Shown: positions 34,332-45,391, counted from the first letter of the stretch. The stretch is 64,000 nt of DNA from an uncultured virus (IMG/VR IMGVR_UViG_3300034082_000137) (IMGVR_UViG_3300034082_000137); one strand, 5' to 3'. Numbers and translations: made by a program. Notes: generated by a model not told the origin, from the letters alone.

Positions 34332-35656
34332 GCTGGCAGGTTCTTATCTGCACGGCTATTTACTGCGACTTTCTTTTTGCCAATAGACTTCTTACGTCCG
34401 GCTTGAATACGGTCAAGCATCGCATATAGCTTACGGGCACCAGCATCGGTAGAGCCATTGCCCAACTCCGAAACAATACGGGCGGGCACTACGAATTCAC
34501 CGTCGGCTAACCGAGCAGGGCGCTTGCCGCCAATACTTGCAGGGATGGAATCAGATACGCCGTCTCCGGGGCCACGCAGTAAGCGTCCGCCGTCAGAGTA
34601 ACCGCCGAGATCACCGAGGCCACCTTTAGCAAATGCAGCCAGACCTCCATTAGCCATGTATCCGCCTGCCGCTCCGTCGGCTGCTGCTGCTGCGCCTAAA
34701 CCACCAACATCAGAAAACCCGCCACCACGCTGTGATGGATCAGAACTATGTGGGCTAGAAATCATGCCGCCACCTGTATCTGATGCTGGAGAGCTAGTAA
34801 ATCCGCCGTAGCCCGGACCTTCGCTTAGTCCCCCGGAAAATCTTCCACTAGGGCTAACTGTTGATCCGTTGTACCCGCTTGTACTGCCCATGTTTTCTGC
34901 AACCACACCTTGATACGCGGTTGCGGGGTTATAACCACTGGGGAGACCCTCCATACCTACTGACCTTAACCCCTGCCCTTCAAGATTTGCTAGGCCAACT
35001 GCACTCATACGCCCGCGAGGTCCACTATCGTAGCCGGGACCCGTACTAAAAAAGTCACCTATACCTCTACCAATTTTTGCCCCAAAACCCTGATTTGATG
35101 TATCCCGTGGATCCATAAACCCTTTGTAGGCATCAGATAAAGACGTAATCAAACCAACTCCCGGTATCAAGCCAGCGAGTGAACCCAAGTCGTTTTTGAT
35201 TCGTTGACCCTGTGTAAATTTATCGGGTACGGGAGCATATTTATCGCCGTATTCAGCATTTTCATAGGTTCGTAAAGCCTGATCTTTTGCAGTTTCCGAA
35301 TCCATGAAGGCATCAATACGAGCTTTTTCCGCTGGGTCTACTTCCCGTCCACCACCACGTTCTTGATTTTGCGCTGCGGATAAACCCGCAGTTGCTGGTG
35401 CTGTAGTCCCTGCTGGAACCCAAATGTATTCGCCTGTTGAGGAGTTATAGATGTACTTTCCGTTAGCTGGGGTTCTGTCGGCGCTAATAGAAGCAGCAGA
35501 AGCGTTATTTGCAGCAGCCATAGTTTCTAGGTCAGCAACTGCTGATACAGGTCCTCGCTTAGCGTAATTTACTTCGCGCCCATAGTCTTTGTTCATTGCG
35601 TTGTAATCTGGTACATCGGGTAGTGGGAACCCATTAGCGTCATAGCGTTGTATCAT
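34328..35656 (-). CDS. Internal virion protein with GPGDGVSDSIPA...LADGEFVV domain
   Basis: Gly-rich; C-terminal motif seen in tape-measure and ejection proteins. Confidence 0.7.
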   Translation of the reverse strand: MIQRYDANGFPLPDVPDYNAMNKDYGREVNYAKRGPVSAVADLETMAAANNASAASISADRTPANGKYIYNSSTGEYIWVPAGTTAPATAGLSAAQNQERGGGREVDPAEKARIDAFMDSETAKDQALRTYENAEYGDKYAPVPDKFTQGQRIKNDLGSLAGLIPGVGLITSLSDAYKGFMDPRDTSNQGFGAKIGRGIGDFFSTGPGYDSGPRGRMSAVGLANLEGQGLRSVGMEGLPSGYNPATAYQGVVAENMGSTSGYNGSTVSPSGRFSGGLSEGPGYGGFTSSPASDTGGGMISSPHSSDPSQRGGGFSDVGGLGAAAAADGAAGGYMANGGLAAFAKGGLGDLGGYSDGGRLLRGPGDGVSDSIPASIGGKRPARLADGEFVVPARIVSELGNGSTDAGARKLYAMLDRIQAGRKKSIGKKKVAVNSRADKNLPA

Positions 35657-35952
35657 GTTTTTACTTTCAGTACATTACTGGCGGTTGTATCGTAGTAGAC
35701 GTCGCCTACTCGAAGGTTAGCTAAATCTGCTTGAGTTGGCAAGCTCGGCAGGGCTGTCCCGGGCGTCGGGGGAACGCTCAATGCCGCAATTATATTGGCT
35801 CCGTTACGTTGTGTGGAGATATTGATTGGGCTGTTATTGTCCAATTGGTTGAAATACAACCGCAGCAGGTTGGTTAGTTGGTCTTGGTAAACCCGGTCGT
35901 ATTGGTCTGGTGCACTGGGCAATCTAGGAGCAATTACGTTTTTCTGTGCCAT
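35653..35952 (-). CDS. Virion-associated hypothetical protein (99 aa)
   Basis: Translationally coupled to the nozzle gene. Confidence 0.75.
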   Translation of the reverse strand: MAQKNVIAPRLPSAPDQYDRVYQDQLTNLLRLYFNQLDNNSPINISTQRNGANIIAALSVPPTPGTALPSLPTQADLANLRVGDVYYDTTASNVLKVKT

Positions 35953-38309
35953 TAACCACCCCTGCGACCGTCAGGCCGTACATCAATACGTGGCGCACCT
36001 AACTGCCACTGGGTACCTAGCGTATTTGAAGTAATCCGCATAGACATCTGCCGACCACGAACCCGGATATTGACTTGCCCAGTAAAGGTGTCTAGGTCAA
36101 TTGGGTATGTTTGCGTAGCTGTTACCGGCAATGAGGCTGTAGAGCTTGTACCACCGATTGACAGAGGGTTGTTATACCCAGAACCCGAGTTCTGCAACGG
36201 TAAAAGCTGCATAGTCAGGCTAGGTGTTGTTCCATCTGTAGAGCCACGGAAGGTTAAGTCAGGCAGCATACGCCATACAAACGCCATGTTGTGCCCGTCA
36301 CCAATGTCAAACTGAGATGTTGTGATACTAGTAACAATAGGTACAAGAGTAGCTAAAGTGCCGTCGTCTACACCACTCTCGTGATAGACCAAATTATTTA
36401 CATAAGTAGCCGCAACAGGGTAATTCCGCAAAGACGAATCTAACCACGCAGTACGAGCCATACTACCGTAGTACCAAATATCTTCGCCATAGTTGTAAAC
36501 CACATAGCGGTCAATCGTTGTGCTATTTTCCGTGCAATAGAACCACCAGACTTCATTGAAGCCTTCATTGGTACTGGAAAATATTTGAGAGAACTGTGTA
36601 CGGTTAATGTCGTCGTATACAAAGCGCAATAAGTCGCAGCGCAGTGTTTGCACCCGACCGTCATACTTGTAGAACTTATCTTGCCCCATCCAATACGCAG
36701 TGCCGTTGGTGTACGTTGCGGCGTTAAGGCCCACAATAGAGATGTTATCGCTGAGCAGTTGTGAGCCCCATACGTATGGAGGTCCTAGGTATTGCAGAGA
36801 ATAGATAGCCGCGTCAGTAAACACCAAAATCTCTTGGCGGGCTTGTAACGCGGTTTGAATAGCTGAGCCATGCGACAGGCGTAAGCTACCCGACTGGTTT
36901 GTAATCGCAGGTGTCCAGTTTGTAACGCTTTCTTGGTCCGACCAGCGAATCAGCATGGGGTCGTACACTGTGCTAAGGTAGTCGGTAGCACCAAAACAGA
37001 ATGTAAACCGGCTGGCATCTGACACCAAAATTGAGTTTTGGAAGTCTGGAACGTCGCTAGCCCCAGCCAAAGATGACACAAGTACAGCACGGGGGGAAAG
37101 CGTTTGAACCCCCGACCCAGCGGAAGTGGTGTTTATAAAAGTCCCCGCCACATAATTTGCATACGTAGTGGACAGCTTGTAAGTAGTATCTGTAACGTAT
37201 GTAACGTAATACACAGTAAACGGCACAAGGGGTAACGGCAACGCCCCTGTGGTCTCAAACATTATCACGGTACCACTTGGTAGGGGTGTAGTTGTATTGC
37301 TAGTTAAAGTAACAACCGCAGGGATTGCATTAGAGATTGTTACCGTGGTGGGAAACAATACAGTCGGCGCTGTAGTAGCGTTCCAGTAGTACAAATGCCC
37401 CAGTTTTGGGCCAAGTATGAGGTTTTCACCAAAGTTATATTGGCTCCATACATTAAGGGTAGCCCGTGCATCGTATCCTAATCCGCCCCAGTTTCCACTA
37501 CTCCATGAATTAGCGCTCCAACCAGCAGCGCTGGTAGAAATAGCCGAGCCGATGTGCAGTATGTACGCTGCATAGACTACAGAACCACCCCCTGAACCAG
37601 AGGCGTTTGCCACGGTGGTAGCAGTTACTTGGTATGAGCTTGCTACTGGGGTAGCTGTAATAGTGGTAGAGGCGACAGTTTGTGAGGCGCTAACTGTGTA
37701 AGTACCAGTTCCTCCGGTTCCTGTACCAAAGGCAGTAATCTTAGTGCCTCCAGTAACACCCGAACCAGTAAGCACATGCCCAACAGCTAAAGCACCACCA
37801 GAAAACGCCGTAACAGTGAGGGTAAACCCGGAGATACTTCCCGTGGTAGTTACAGTTGACAGCACTGTGGCTTCGTATTCTCCGTTAAGAGTTACGTTAT
37901 TAACTGCTGTAGCCCCTGAAAAAATAACAAAATCGCCTGTTAGGGGTATGTAAGAAGCAGATACTACCGTAACCGAAGACGACCCGTTAATCGTTGTAAA
38001 CGGGCTAGGTGAAAGTAGGTAGGTGCCTGATATTGGTGTAATGTCGGCGTATTGACCTGTCTGCTCAATGTAGAACTTTTTATCTGTGCCTACGCCTACA
38101 AGGTTTGCACCGGTTGTAGTAACCCAATTCCACAAAGATCGGCAGAGACCTATAAACGTATTAGCTGAAAGACGAGTCCACCCACCAATTTTCTCCGGTG
38201 TGCCCTGACGAAAACGAACCATCTCAGATTCATAATAGCCACCTTCGTTGGTGTAACGAGTGTTCTCGCGGTTAACACCGGGCTTTAGGACAACTTTTTG
38301 TAAGGGCAT
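35952..38309 (-). CDS. Tail nozzle / DNA stabilisation protein (P22 gp10, T7 gp12-like)
   Basis: 785 aa, beta-rich, IRWSDQE motif, podovirus gene order. Confidence 0.7.
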   Translation of the reverse strand: MPLQKVVLKPGVNRENTRYTNEGGYYESEMVRFRQGTPEKIGGWTRLSANTFIGLCRSLWNWVTTTGANLVGVGTDKKFYIEQTGQYADITPISGTYLLSPSPFTTINGSSSVTVVSASYIPLTGDFVIFSGATAVNNVTLNGEYEATVLSTVTTTGSISGFTLTVTAFSGGALAVGHVLTGSGVTGGTKITAFGTGTGGTGTYTVSASQTVASTTITATPVASSYQVTATTVANASGSGGGSVVYAAYILHIGSAISTSAAGWSANSWSSGNWGGLGYDARATLNVWSQYNFGENLILGPKLGHLYYWNATTAPTVLFPTTVTISNAIPAVVTLTSNTTTPLPSGTVIMFETTGALPLPLVPFTVYYVTYVTDTTYKLSTTYANYVAGTFINTTSAGSGVQTLSPRAVLVSSLAGASDVPDFQNSILVSDASRFTFCFGATDYLSTVYDPMLIRWSDQESVTNWTPAITNQSGSLRLSHGSAIQTALQARQEILVFTDAAIYSLQYLGPPYVWGSQLLSDNISIVGLNAATYTNGTAYWMGQDKFYKYDGRVQTLRCDLLRFVYDDINRTQFSQIFSSTNEGFNEVWWFYCTENSTTIDRYVVYNYGEDIWYYGSMARTAWLDSSLRNYPVAATYVNNLVYHESGVDDGTLATLVPIVTSITTSQFDIGDGHNMAFVWRMLPDLTFRGSTDGTTPSLTMQLLPLQNSGSGYNNPLSIGGTSSTASLPVTATQTYPIDLDTFTGQVNIRVRGRQMSMRITSNTLGTQWQLGAPRIDVRPDGRRGG

Positions 38310-38327
38310 AGCTCATTTTCCCATGAA

Positions 38328-38756
38328 TCAGGCAAAAGGTCGAGTGCCCGCTTTGTCGATGATAAGCGCATTGCCTCTTGGTTCTGCATCTTCAGTATTT
38401 GGGATACTGATGTGTGTCCAACGATCAAACTCACGGATGATTTGGTCAAAGGGTAAACCCGCAGCAATAACGGCACGGACTACTTCGTCTGGAGTTACCC
38501 CGGGTACTCGGAGGTCAGCCGCGCACCCCTTACGATGCTGAGACTTGTCAGAGCTTCCAACTGCATCATTGACCTGCTTACTGCGGAAGGCAGAGTTAAT
38601 CATTACAGGCTTGCCGCCAAGAGTTTCTTTGACCTGCTCCAACAGTTGCGCCAGCCGTTGCAAGTTGCTGATTTCCTCTTGGGTTGGCGAGTTGTCAAAC
38701 TCCCTGTGATCGGTGACGGTTAACTCGGCAAGGGTAAAGTGGGGTGAGAGGTTCAT
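38328..38756 (-). CDS. Endolysin, peptidase M15A family
   Basis: SAFRS..VN.AVG....SQH..G.AAD and WTHIS zinc-ligand motifs. Confidence 0.9.
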   Translation of the reverse strand: MNLSPHFTLAELTVTDHREFDNSPTQEEISNLQRLAQLLEQVKETLGGKPVMINSAFRSKQVNDAVGSSDKSQHRKGCAADLRVPGVTPDEVVRAVIAAGLPFDQIIREFDRWTHISIPNTEDAEPRGNALIIDKAGTRPFA

Positions 38757-39169
38757 TTTTTACCCTTCATGTCGGCTAATTTCTCAAGCGTTCTGCCACC
38801 AAAATACGCACCCATTACAAGCATCCCCCACTGCCCAAGCAGCGTAACGTAAGACTCGGAAATCTTAAAGCCGAAGCCGTCCAGAATAGCCAGTGTGAGG
38901 TAAGCGGTCAGGATATACACCAAAGTCATTGGGCGAACATTTTTAGACAGCCACGAATCCGAAGCCATGTCAGCAGTCCAGCGGTCTGTGGTGTTTTGCT
39001 GCTCGGCTTTAAACATCTCGGTCTCGTTTGCCATCTTCGCCAGTTCACCGTTTTGCTGCATCTGAAACAGTTCAGCTTTGGCCTTTTCAGCAGCAATTGG
39101 GTCAGGCAAAAAACGGTCAATGAGTTTGCCGCCAATAGCGGCAAGTGGGTTCAGGTCACTCAAGGTCAT
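38753..39169 (-). CDS. Holin (3TM / GTA-holin-like)
   Basis: DSWLSKNVRP, two hydrophobic segments, YFGGRTLEK; adjacent to the endolysin. Confidence 0.8.
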   Translation of the reverse strand: MTLSDLNPLAAIGGKLIDRFLPDPIAAEKAKAELFQMQQNGELAKMANETEMFKAEQQNTTDRWTADMASDSWLSKNVRPMTLVYILTAYLTLAILDGFGFKISESYVTLLGQWGMLVMGAYFGGRTLEKLADMKGKK

Positions 39170-39783
39170 TGTTTACTCCTAGATAACATGGTTGCGGCAA
39201 TACTCAGCATGGTTCGTGCTGATTCTAAGTTTTCGGGTTCGGTTTCCCATCCCACGGTTATCTGCCCCACGAACCGCCCCGGCTCTGGTGGAACACTGAT
39301 TCTGCAAGTATAGGTAACGCCCTTGTTGATGTACCAAATACCCATCTCAGACTGCGCTGTGCGGTACTCACCGCAAGGGATTTCGTTTGCCATCAGCTTC
39401 ACAACGTCGGCGTTATTGGCTGCGTTGTTTGTAAACAGTCCGACATCCAGCCCGTCATTGGTTTTGTCTCTGCCGTCCTTGGCGTAGGCTCGGTACAGTA
39501 TGCGAGTCCCGAACATTGGGTTGACTTTAAACACCGCAACGATAGTGGCGTTGGTGGTTTTGAACAGGTGGGCGGAGGCATCCTCAACACGGTCCTCGGC
39601 AATGCTGGGTATCTTCTTGGACTCTTTGTAAGCACCAATAAGCAGGTCTTGGTTTGTGTACACAAAGTAGCCAGCGAAAGCAACTACGCCCATGATAAGG
39701 ATGGCAGCAAGTTTAAATGGCGAATCCACATACCCCAGAACTTTGTCAAGGGTTGAATTGGCGTTTAAATTTTCTTCGCTCAC
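39166..39783 (-). CDS. T4 T-like holin (single TM plus GAF-like domain)
   Basis: GTG start overlapping the upstream stop; one TM; motifs parallel T4 T as remembered (YKESK, AVFKVNP, GQITVGW, AATML). Confidence 0.6.
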   Translation of the reverse strand: MSEENLNANSTLDKVLGYVDSPFKLAAILIMGVVAFAGYFVYTNQDLLIGAYKESKKIPSIAEDRVEDASAHLFKTTNATIVAVFKVNPMFGTRILYRAYAKDGRDKTNDGLDVGLFTNNAANNADVVKLMANEIPCGEYRTAQSEMGIWYINKGVTYTCRISVPPEPGRFVGQITVGWETEPENLESARTMLSIAATMLSRSKQ

Positions 39784-40253
39784 AACTTCCCTTTCATTGC
39801 AATAATCCCCCACGCCACCAAGAAAAATATGGCAGCGGCTACCAGTATGCAAAGCCCCATCGTAATGGCTTCGTCTATCTCTTGCTTGCGGTTCTTTGCC
39901 GCCCTAGCGTCTAGTATCTCCTGCGTCCGTCTGCGCTGCACAATGCTGTTGCGCTCAAGCAGAATCTGGCTCCAAAGCTGGCTGTGGCCTTGGTTGATAA
40001 AGTGCCACTTCAGTTCTTCCTCGGCTTTATTAAGTTCATGCAGTTGCATCACTGTGCTCATGGCCTGACTAGTGTCAGAGGAGTACTTTTTCTTTGGGTC
40101 TTTTACCGCTTCCTTGGCAACCTTTTCCTTTGCGTCGAAGAACTTCATCACGTCATTCGTGATGCCCTGCACATCTTTGCCCATTTTGATTGCGGCTTGG
40201 ATTCCTTTTATAGCACCCTGTGCTATGGCGAATGCGCTAATTGGGTCGATCAT
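39780..40253 (-). CDS. Membrane-anchored protein of the lysis region
   Basis: MIDPISAFAIA start, coiled coil, C-terminal TM. Confidence 0.75.
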   Translation of the reverse strand: MIDPISAFAIAQGAIKGIQAAIKMGKDVQGITNDVMKFFDAKEKVAKEAVKDPKKKYSSDTSQAMSTVMQLHELNKAEEELKWHFINQGHSQLWSQILLERNSIVQRRRTQEILDARAAKNRKQEIDEAITMGLCILVAAAIFFLVAWGIIAMKGKL

Positions 40254-40407
40254 TCTTGACCTCCACAACCCAGCGGCACACCCTCCCGTCCTTGTCTAAA
40301 AACTCATTGGCTCCATACTTCTCGCTCGGCAGTACGACGCGGCACACCAACACGATTTTTGTCTCGGTATTGGGCCACGGTACTTGAGCAGAAGCAAGGT
40401 CAATCAC
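40237..40407 (-). CDS. Hypothetical protein (56 aa, two Cys)
   Basis: Read from the sequence; GTG start, fills the gap, weak RBS. Confidence 0.5.
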   Translation of the reverse strand: MIDLASAQVPWPNTETKIVLVCRVVLPSEKYGANEFLDKDGRVCRWVVEVKNDRPN

Positions 40408-40416
40408 GTTACCCTA

Positions 40417-40686
40417 TTAACTCTTTGGTATCTGAGCTTTAACCGCTAAACATGCGTCAATGTACGCCTGAACCTGTGCTGCATCTCCTTTAACAATGCC
40501 ATCTAGGTAGTCGTTTACAGATGGATACGCTATTGCACGTTTCTGAGCATATGTAAGTTCCGCTGGTTTAGGGCGTAACTCCTCTGCTTCTGCGTCTGTA
40601 ATTTGTACAGAGCCAGCGGGTAGTCGGTGCTCATAGTCAGTAGACTCAAGGAAATGGATGGAACTGTCTGGTGCTTTGTAGTGCAT
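40417..40686 (-). CDS. Tail fibre assembly / chaperone-like protein
   Basis: Follows the fibre gene; YAQKRAIAYP...VKAQIPK pattern. Confidence 0.65.
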   Translation of the reverse strand: MHYKAPDSSIHFLESTDYEHRLPAGSVQITDAEAEELRPKPAELTYAQKRAIAYPSVNDYLDGIVKGDAAQVQAYIDACLAVKAQIPKS

Positions 40687-40695
40687 TTTGTTTCC

Positions 40696-41931
40696 TTAAC
40701 GAAGTTCGTAAGCGGCGCTGTATGACTGTACGCTAAATGCGTAACTTGCTCCTAGCGGGATAATTACTGTTCCACCCCAAATATAAACACCGCCATTCCC
40801 CTGTACGCCGCCGCCATAAGGAAAATATGCACCGCCATCTATAGATATAGACATAGCAGTATTGGCTTGGTTTGAGGCTGCTGATGTAGCCAGCATGATT
40901 GGTTTACCTGTGGTGTTGTAGTACGTTACACCGTTTGACCGGGATACACTTTGCCAAGTTTGACCAACTCCAATTCCTTGGTTAGCCGCAGACTGCCATA
41001 CCTGTACCGTGCCTGTTATGGTTGTGCTAGATACCGTCTGTGACGCGCTTACCGTGTATGTGCCTGTGCCGCCTGTGCCTGTACCTAGGGCAGTGATGGT
41101 TGTACCCCCAGTAACTCCTGTGCCAGAGATGGTCTGACCAATGGAGAGGGTTCCAGAGGTAACCGCAGATACAGTCATTGTTGTGGTACTAATAGTCGCA
41201 GTAACCACCGCTACGGACGCAGTAGAAGTAAGTAAGTTTCCGTCAGTTCCGGGAGCTACTAAGGTTACATTTTCTGTATCCTTGCCAATAACAACGCTGT
41301 TGCGTGTAAGTGTTGCTAGCCCTGTACCGCCGTTGGCTACGGGTAAAGTTCCGGTTATGCCAGTAGTTAGTGGTAGCCCAGTAGCATTAGTTAACACGCC
41401 AGAAGCGGGTGTGCCAAGTGCAGGAGTTACTAAGGTGGGGCTAGTAGACAGGACTACATTACCTGAACCTGTAGAAGTAGCGACTCCCGTTCCTCCGTTA
41501 ATTACAGGGACAATACCCGTTAAAGATGTAAGCGACGTGGCTTCAAAATCAGAACCATTCCAAACAGCTATGCACTTGTACCCCGCTGGAATGGTAATTC
41601 CTGTAGTTGGCCCAACACCGACAAGTTTGATGCTCTGTGTGCTGGATGTCTTGTTAATAACGACGTAGGTCTTAGACTGCGCCGGGGCTGTGATTGTCCG
41701 AGTAACTGTGCCGCCTGCAGTCCACAAAATGATTGCCTGACGCGCTTGGTTTGCTACCTGAACGGTGGTAGAAAGAGTTACATCCGCATCAGAGCTAAGG
41801 GTAGTGGTTCCTGAAACTGCATCGTCAAGCAAGGATGTAATTGCATTATTGACGGTGTCGCCCCATACACCAGACAATTCGCCTGTAACGGGGAGGGCTA
41901 AACCTAAAAGCGGTGTTGATGCAGTAGTCAT
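40696..41931 (-). CDS. Tail fibre protein
   Basis: T/G/S-rich; LPVANGGTG repeats; C-terminal GVGQTWQ...NTTGKPI domain. Confidence 0.8.
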   Translation of the reverse strand: MTTASTPLLGLALPVTGELSGVWGDTVNNAITSLLDDAVSGTTTLSSDADVTLSTTVQVANQARQAIILWTAGGTVTRTITAPAQSKTYVVINKTSSTQSIKLVGVGPTTGITIPAGYKCIAVWNGSDFEATSLTSLTGIVPVINGGTGVATSTGSGNVVLSTSPTLVTPALGTPASGVLTNATGLPLTTGITGTLPVANGGTGLATLTRNSVVIGKDTENVTLVAPGTDGNLLTSTASVAVVTATISTTTMTVSAVTSGTLSIGQTISGTGVTGGTTITALGTGTGGTGTYTVSASQTVSSTTITGTVQVWQSAANQGIGVGQTWQSVSRSNGVTYYNTTGKPIMLATSAASNQANTAMSISIDGGAYFPYGGGVQGNGGVYIWGGTVIIPLGASYAFSVQSYSAAYELR

Positions 41932-41940
41932 AAGGTTCCT

Positions 41941-42909
41941 TTACTGTAAGTTGTCTATTGGTGTCCAGCCTGCGGACTCTGTTGTATCCACTGCCGTCCA
42001 GCCTGCTGTTTCAGGGTTATTGATTACTGCCCAGTTTTCAGTTTGAGCACTGTTTACCAGAGACCAGCCTGCTGTTTCTGGGTTGTTAATAAGCGCCCAG
42101 TTTGCCGTCTGGTCGTCGATAATTTTAATCCAGCCCGCTACCTCTGTATTGTCCAACAAATTGATGTTTTCGGCAATAACGGCTTGGAACGCAGCTTGAA
42201 CGGCTGGCACGTCCACAATACTGATATTTTCAATGACCGTGAAGTAAACCTCAAGGATAGCGGTCTGGGTTGCATCTACACCAAAATTCTCTGTAATATC
42301 CAAGAAGAATATCGAAATGATGGTGATGGCTTCGGTAACCGTGATGTCTTCGGTGATGCTGGCTAAAAACTGTGCAGCAATGGCTTCAGCTTCCTCTAGC
42401 GTAATGGCTTCGGAAATAGCTACGGCAAACTGCGCCGTCATAGCCCGTATGTCGTCTACAGTGATTGGCTCTGTAATGCTCTGTAGGAACGCAGACTGCT
42501 GGGTGTTGTTGTCTTCTACGGTAAACGGTTCTGCACGGTCATTTAGCATAGCTGTGTAAACGGCTTGGCTGTCTTCGAGGACGATGTTTTCTGTCTGGGC
42601 TACGGCAAAGTCGGCAAATACTGCTTGGCTGTCCGAAAGGATTATGTCTTCTGCTATGGATTGCAGGAATGTAGATGCCTGTGTGCTGAAGTCGTCCAGC
42701 GTGATTGTCTCTGTAACGCTGCCAAAGTAATTAGTCCCTGCGTCGTTGTCAACGTCGTCTACCCCGATTGGCTCGGTGACGGATTGCAGGAAGGCAGATG
42801 CTTGGGCGCTAAAGTCGGTTAAGGCAATGTCTTCGGAAATGGATAGAACGAATGCCGTCCCGCCAAGCGAGGCAAAGGACGATTGGGCAAACGCTGCTAT
42901 TCCGAACAT
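41941..42909 (-). CDS. Acidic repeat-rich virion protein
   Basis: About 21-aa repeats F...ITE.I...D and C-terminal 11-aa Trp repeats. Confidence 0.75.
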   Translation of the reverse strand: MFGIAAFAQSSFASLGGTAFVLSISEDIALTDFSAQASAFLQSVTEPIGVDDVDNDAGTNYFGSVTETITLDDFSTQASTFLQSIAEDIILSDSQAVFADFAVAQTENIVLEDSQAVYTAMLNDRAEPFTVEDNNTQQSAFLQSITEPITVDDIRAMTAQFAVAISEAITLEEAEAIAAQFLASITEDITVTEAITIISIFFLDITENFGVDATQTAILEVYFTVIENISIVDVPAVQAAFQAVIAENINLLDNTEVAGWIKIIDDQTANWALINNPETAGWSLVNSAQTENWAVINNPETAGWTAVDTTESAGWTPIDNLQ

Positions 42910-43484
42910 TATTCGTACAGTATGTTAATTGAGCCAGCATCGAAGGTATCTGTGCCGTTGACGGTTGTGATGCGAACACGGTCTAGTGTGCCTGCAAGAG
43001 TTACAGCGCCAGCTAACATGAAAACACCATTTGAAGATGTTCTCATTAAATTTCCTGAACAAGTGTAAATGTTTCCTGATAACAAAGTAATGAAAATACT
43101 TCCATTTCTTGTATCTGCGGCAGCAACTTCATGGCATATAAAGCCAGCAGTAGAATTTGCCCCGCTTACTCCAGCAGTAGTATTGATATATCCTGCTTGA
43201 GCGACATATCCTGTTGTTGTTACAGAACCTGACCCGATTTGAAAAAGAAAACTAGAAGTTCCGTTTGTACTTACGCCATTAAACATCACAGTAATCCGCT
43301 TCACCCACGATGGGATGCTGGTGAAGTTAATCGAAGTGCCGCTTGTAGACGCAACAGCAGTGCCAGACGTAATCACGCTTGCGCCCATTACTGGAGTCCC
43401 GTTAATTGTTGGACTGGAAAGGGTTGGGCTGGTTATTGTTTGCCCAGAGGCTATCAGTCCACCTGCTACTTGTGTTAAAGCCAT
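42909..43484 (-). CDS. Tail-associated paralog A (IPSWVKRITV...FDAGSINILYE domain)
   Basis: Shares its C-terminal domain with 43494-44018 and 45392-45949. Confidence 0.8.
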   Translation of the reverse strand: MALTQVAGGLIASGQTITSPTLSSPTINGTPVMGASVITSGTAVASTSGTSINFTSIPSWVKRITVMFNGVSTNGTSSFLFQIGSGSVTTTGYVAQAGYINTTAGVSGANSTAGFICHEVAAADTRNGSIFITLLSGNIYTCSGNLMRTSSNGVFMLAGAVTLAGTLDRVRITTVNGTDTFDAGSINILYE

Positions 43485-43493
43485 GTCTACCCC

Positions 43494-44018
43494 TTATTCG
43501 TACAAGATGTTTATGGAGCCAGCATCGAAGGTGTCTGTACCGTTTACAGTGGTGACGCGTACTCGGTCTAAAGTTCCACCAAGAGCAATAGAACCACCAG
43601 TATGCGATGCCCTTGCTTCGTTAGAACACCCGACAACACCAGAACAAACCCAAGTATTTGACCCAAGAAAACTTAGTGTTAACGCACCATGTTGAATTCT
43701 AACCGCAGCATTTTCCTTACCAACACCAAATCCGGTCGTGTAATTTGCAGCCCCAGTTACAGTATCTAATATGGCTGAACTTGCTCCTAGATACCCAGAA
43801 GTTGTTACTGATCCAGCGCCAATTTGTAGTAAAAGAACGCTTGTTCCATTAGTGGAAACGCCTTGAAACACCACAGTAATTCGTTTAACCCAAGACGGGA
43901 TGTCAGTGAAGTTAATAGCTGTACCTGATGTGGAAGCTACGGCTGTGCCCGATTGAAGCAATGTTCCTGTAGCTGTTGCGTTAGAGCCGACTGTGGCTAG
44001 GTTTACTGCGAATGTCAT
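43494..44018 (-). CDS. Tail-associated paralog B
   Basis: Same domain. Confidence 0.8.
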   Translation of the reverse strand: MTFAVNLATVGSNATATGTLLQSGTAVASTSGTAINFTDIPSWVKRITVVFQGVSTNGTSVLLLQIGAGSVTTSGYLGASSAILDTVTGAANYTTGFGVGKENAAVRIQHGALTLSFLGSNTWVCSGVVGCSNEARASHTGGSIALGGTLDRVRVTTVNGTDTFDAGSINILYE

Positions 44019-45388
44019 GCTGTATAACTCCCCGAAGAAGCAAAACGCAAAATAGTATTACTACCTGATGTTGTTACTGTTGGTGAGCCTGTAGTTACAC
44101 CTGTGTATAGCGTGGTTTTTATGGATAGGTACACAACACCACCAACACCTGCACCAGTAGCTTGTCCACCGCCACCATAGCCTGTAGAACCCGCTCCTCC
44201 AGCAGCAGTTGCACCGCCGTAAGTAGCCCCTCCGCCTCCGCCAGCTAAAGTAACCGAACTTCCTGTAATTGTTGTGGTATACCCCGCACCGCCGGGTCTT
44301 CCCCCAGTATTATTAACAGCATCACCACCCGCCGCAGTAGCTCCACCGCCACCGCCACCGCCAGCACCGCCGCCTCCGTTGTTATATCCTGTACCGCCCC
44401 TAAACCCTTGTCCAGATGTCCCAACACCTCCAGTTGAAGTGCCAACTCCGCCGGGGTAGTTAGCGCCCCCTCCAGAACCCCCTGCTGTCCCTGCTGTTCC
44501 GCCGCCTATAGCAGTAAGGCTAAGAGCAGTAGTATTTGTTCCGCTTGTAGCAGCGCCACCTGCACCACCAACAACAAACGAATAGTTAACGCCGGGAGTT
44601 AAATTTGTTGTGCCGTAAAGTACGCCACCCGCTCCCCCGCCTCCAGCGCCAGAACCACTTCCTCCTCCGCCACCACCTGCAACAATAAGATATTCTGCTG
44701 AATAAGGAACAATAACAGCGCCCCACGCAGAATTTTGATAGACCTCTACAAGTCCAGTTGTGGTGTTATACCTAATTTGCCCTGCTGTTGTAGCGGATGG
44801 TCTTTGCGCGGTTGTGCCTGATGGAAGCACCATTGACCCTGTACCGTTTTGATTTCCTGAGTCTAGGTATGTTGTATTTACAGCCCCGCCCGTAGCAGGG
44901 ATGGCATTCAGCACCGAACTGACCAAGAAGCTCTCTGTGACCACTGCATCGCCTACTGTGCAGGCGTTGTTCAAGACTACCGTTGTGCCTGTGGTGGCTA
45001 CAAAGTCTGTAGATACAAGCCGTACCCCGTTCCTGTAAACGTCGATGTAGCCAACGGTGTAGGAAGGCACACTGAATGATGTCTGGCCCGCTGTTGCCGT
45101 GAAGTTAGTTACGGTTCTGTAGGCTGTAGTCGTTACGCCGCTAGCTGGGATGCCAAGGTATCTGACGCTGATGTTGCTTGTACCGCTTGGTGGGGCGGCT
45201 GAGAAGGTCAGGGTTGTGCCTGATACAGAGTATGTACTTGGGTCTTGGAGTACACCCGTTACAGCAACAATGATTGAAGACGTGTTGGCAGGGGCCACCG
45301 TCATGGTGTAGCCTACAGTTGTTCCATCCCCGCTGAACGTATCCGTCAGAAATGCAATTGAAGTTGGGGTGTTGCCGATGTATGACAT
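44015..45388 (-). CDS. Tail fibre with Gly-rich C-terminal domain
   Basis: GTTAQRP...GQIRYNTT motif; EYLIVAGGGG Gly-rich domain. Confidence 0.8.
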   Translation of the reverse strand: MSYIGNTPTSIAFLTDTFSGDGTTVGYTMTVAPANTSSIIVAVTGVLQDPSTYSVSGTTLTFSAAPPSGTSNISVRYLGIPASGVTTTAYRTVTNFTATAGQTSFSVPSYTVGYIDVYRNGVRLVSTDFVATTGTTVVLNNACTVGDAVVTESFLVSSVLNAIPATGGAVNTTYLDSGNQNGTGSMVLPSGTTAQRPSATTAGQIRYNTTTGLVEVYQNSAWGAVIVPYSAEYLIVAGGGGGGSGSGAGGGGAGGVLYGTTNLTPGVNYSFVVGGAGGAATSGTNTTALSLTAIGGGTAGTAGGSGGGANYPGGVGTSTGGVGTSGQGFRGGTGYNNGGGGAGGGGGGGATAAGGDAVNNTGGRPGGAGYTTTITGSSVTLAGGGGGATYGGATAAGGAGSTGYGGGGQATGAGVGGVVYLSIKTTLYTGVTTGSPTVTTSGSNTILRFASSGSYTA

Positions 45389-45391
45389 AGG

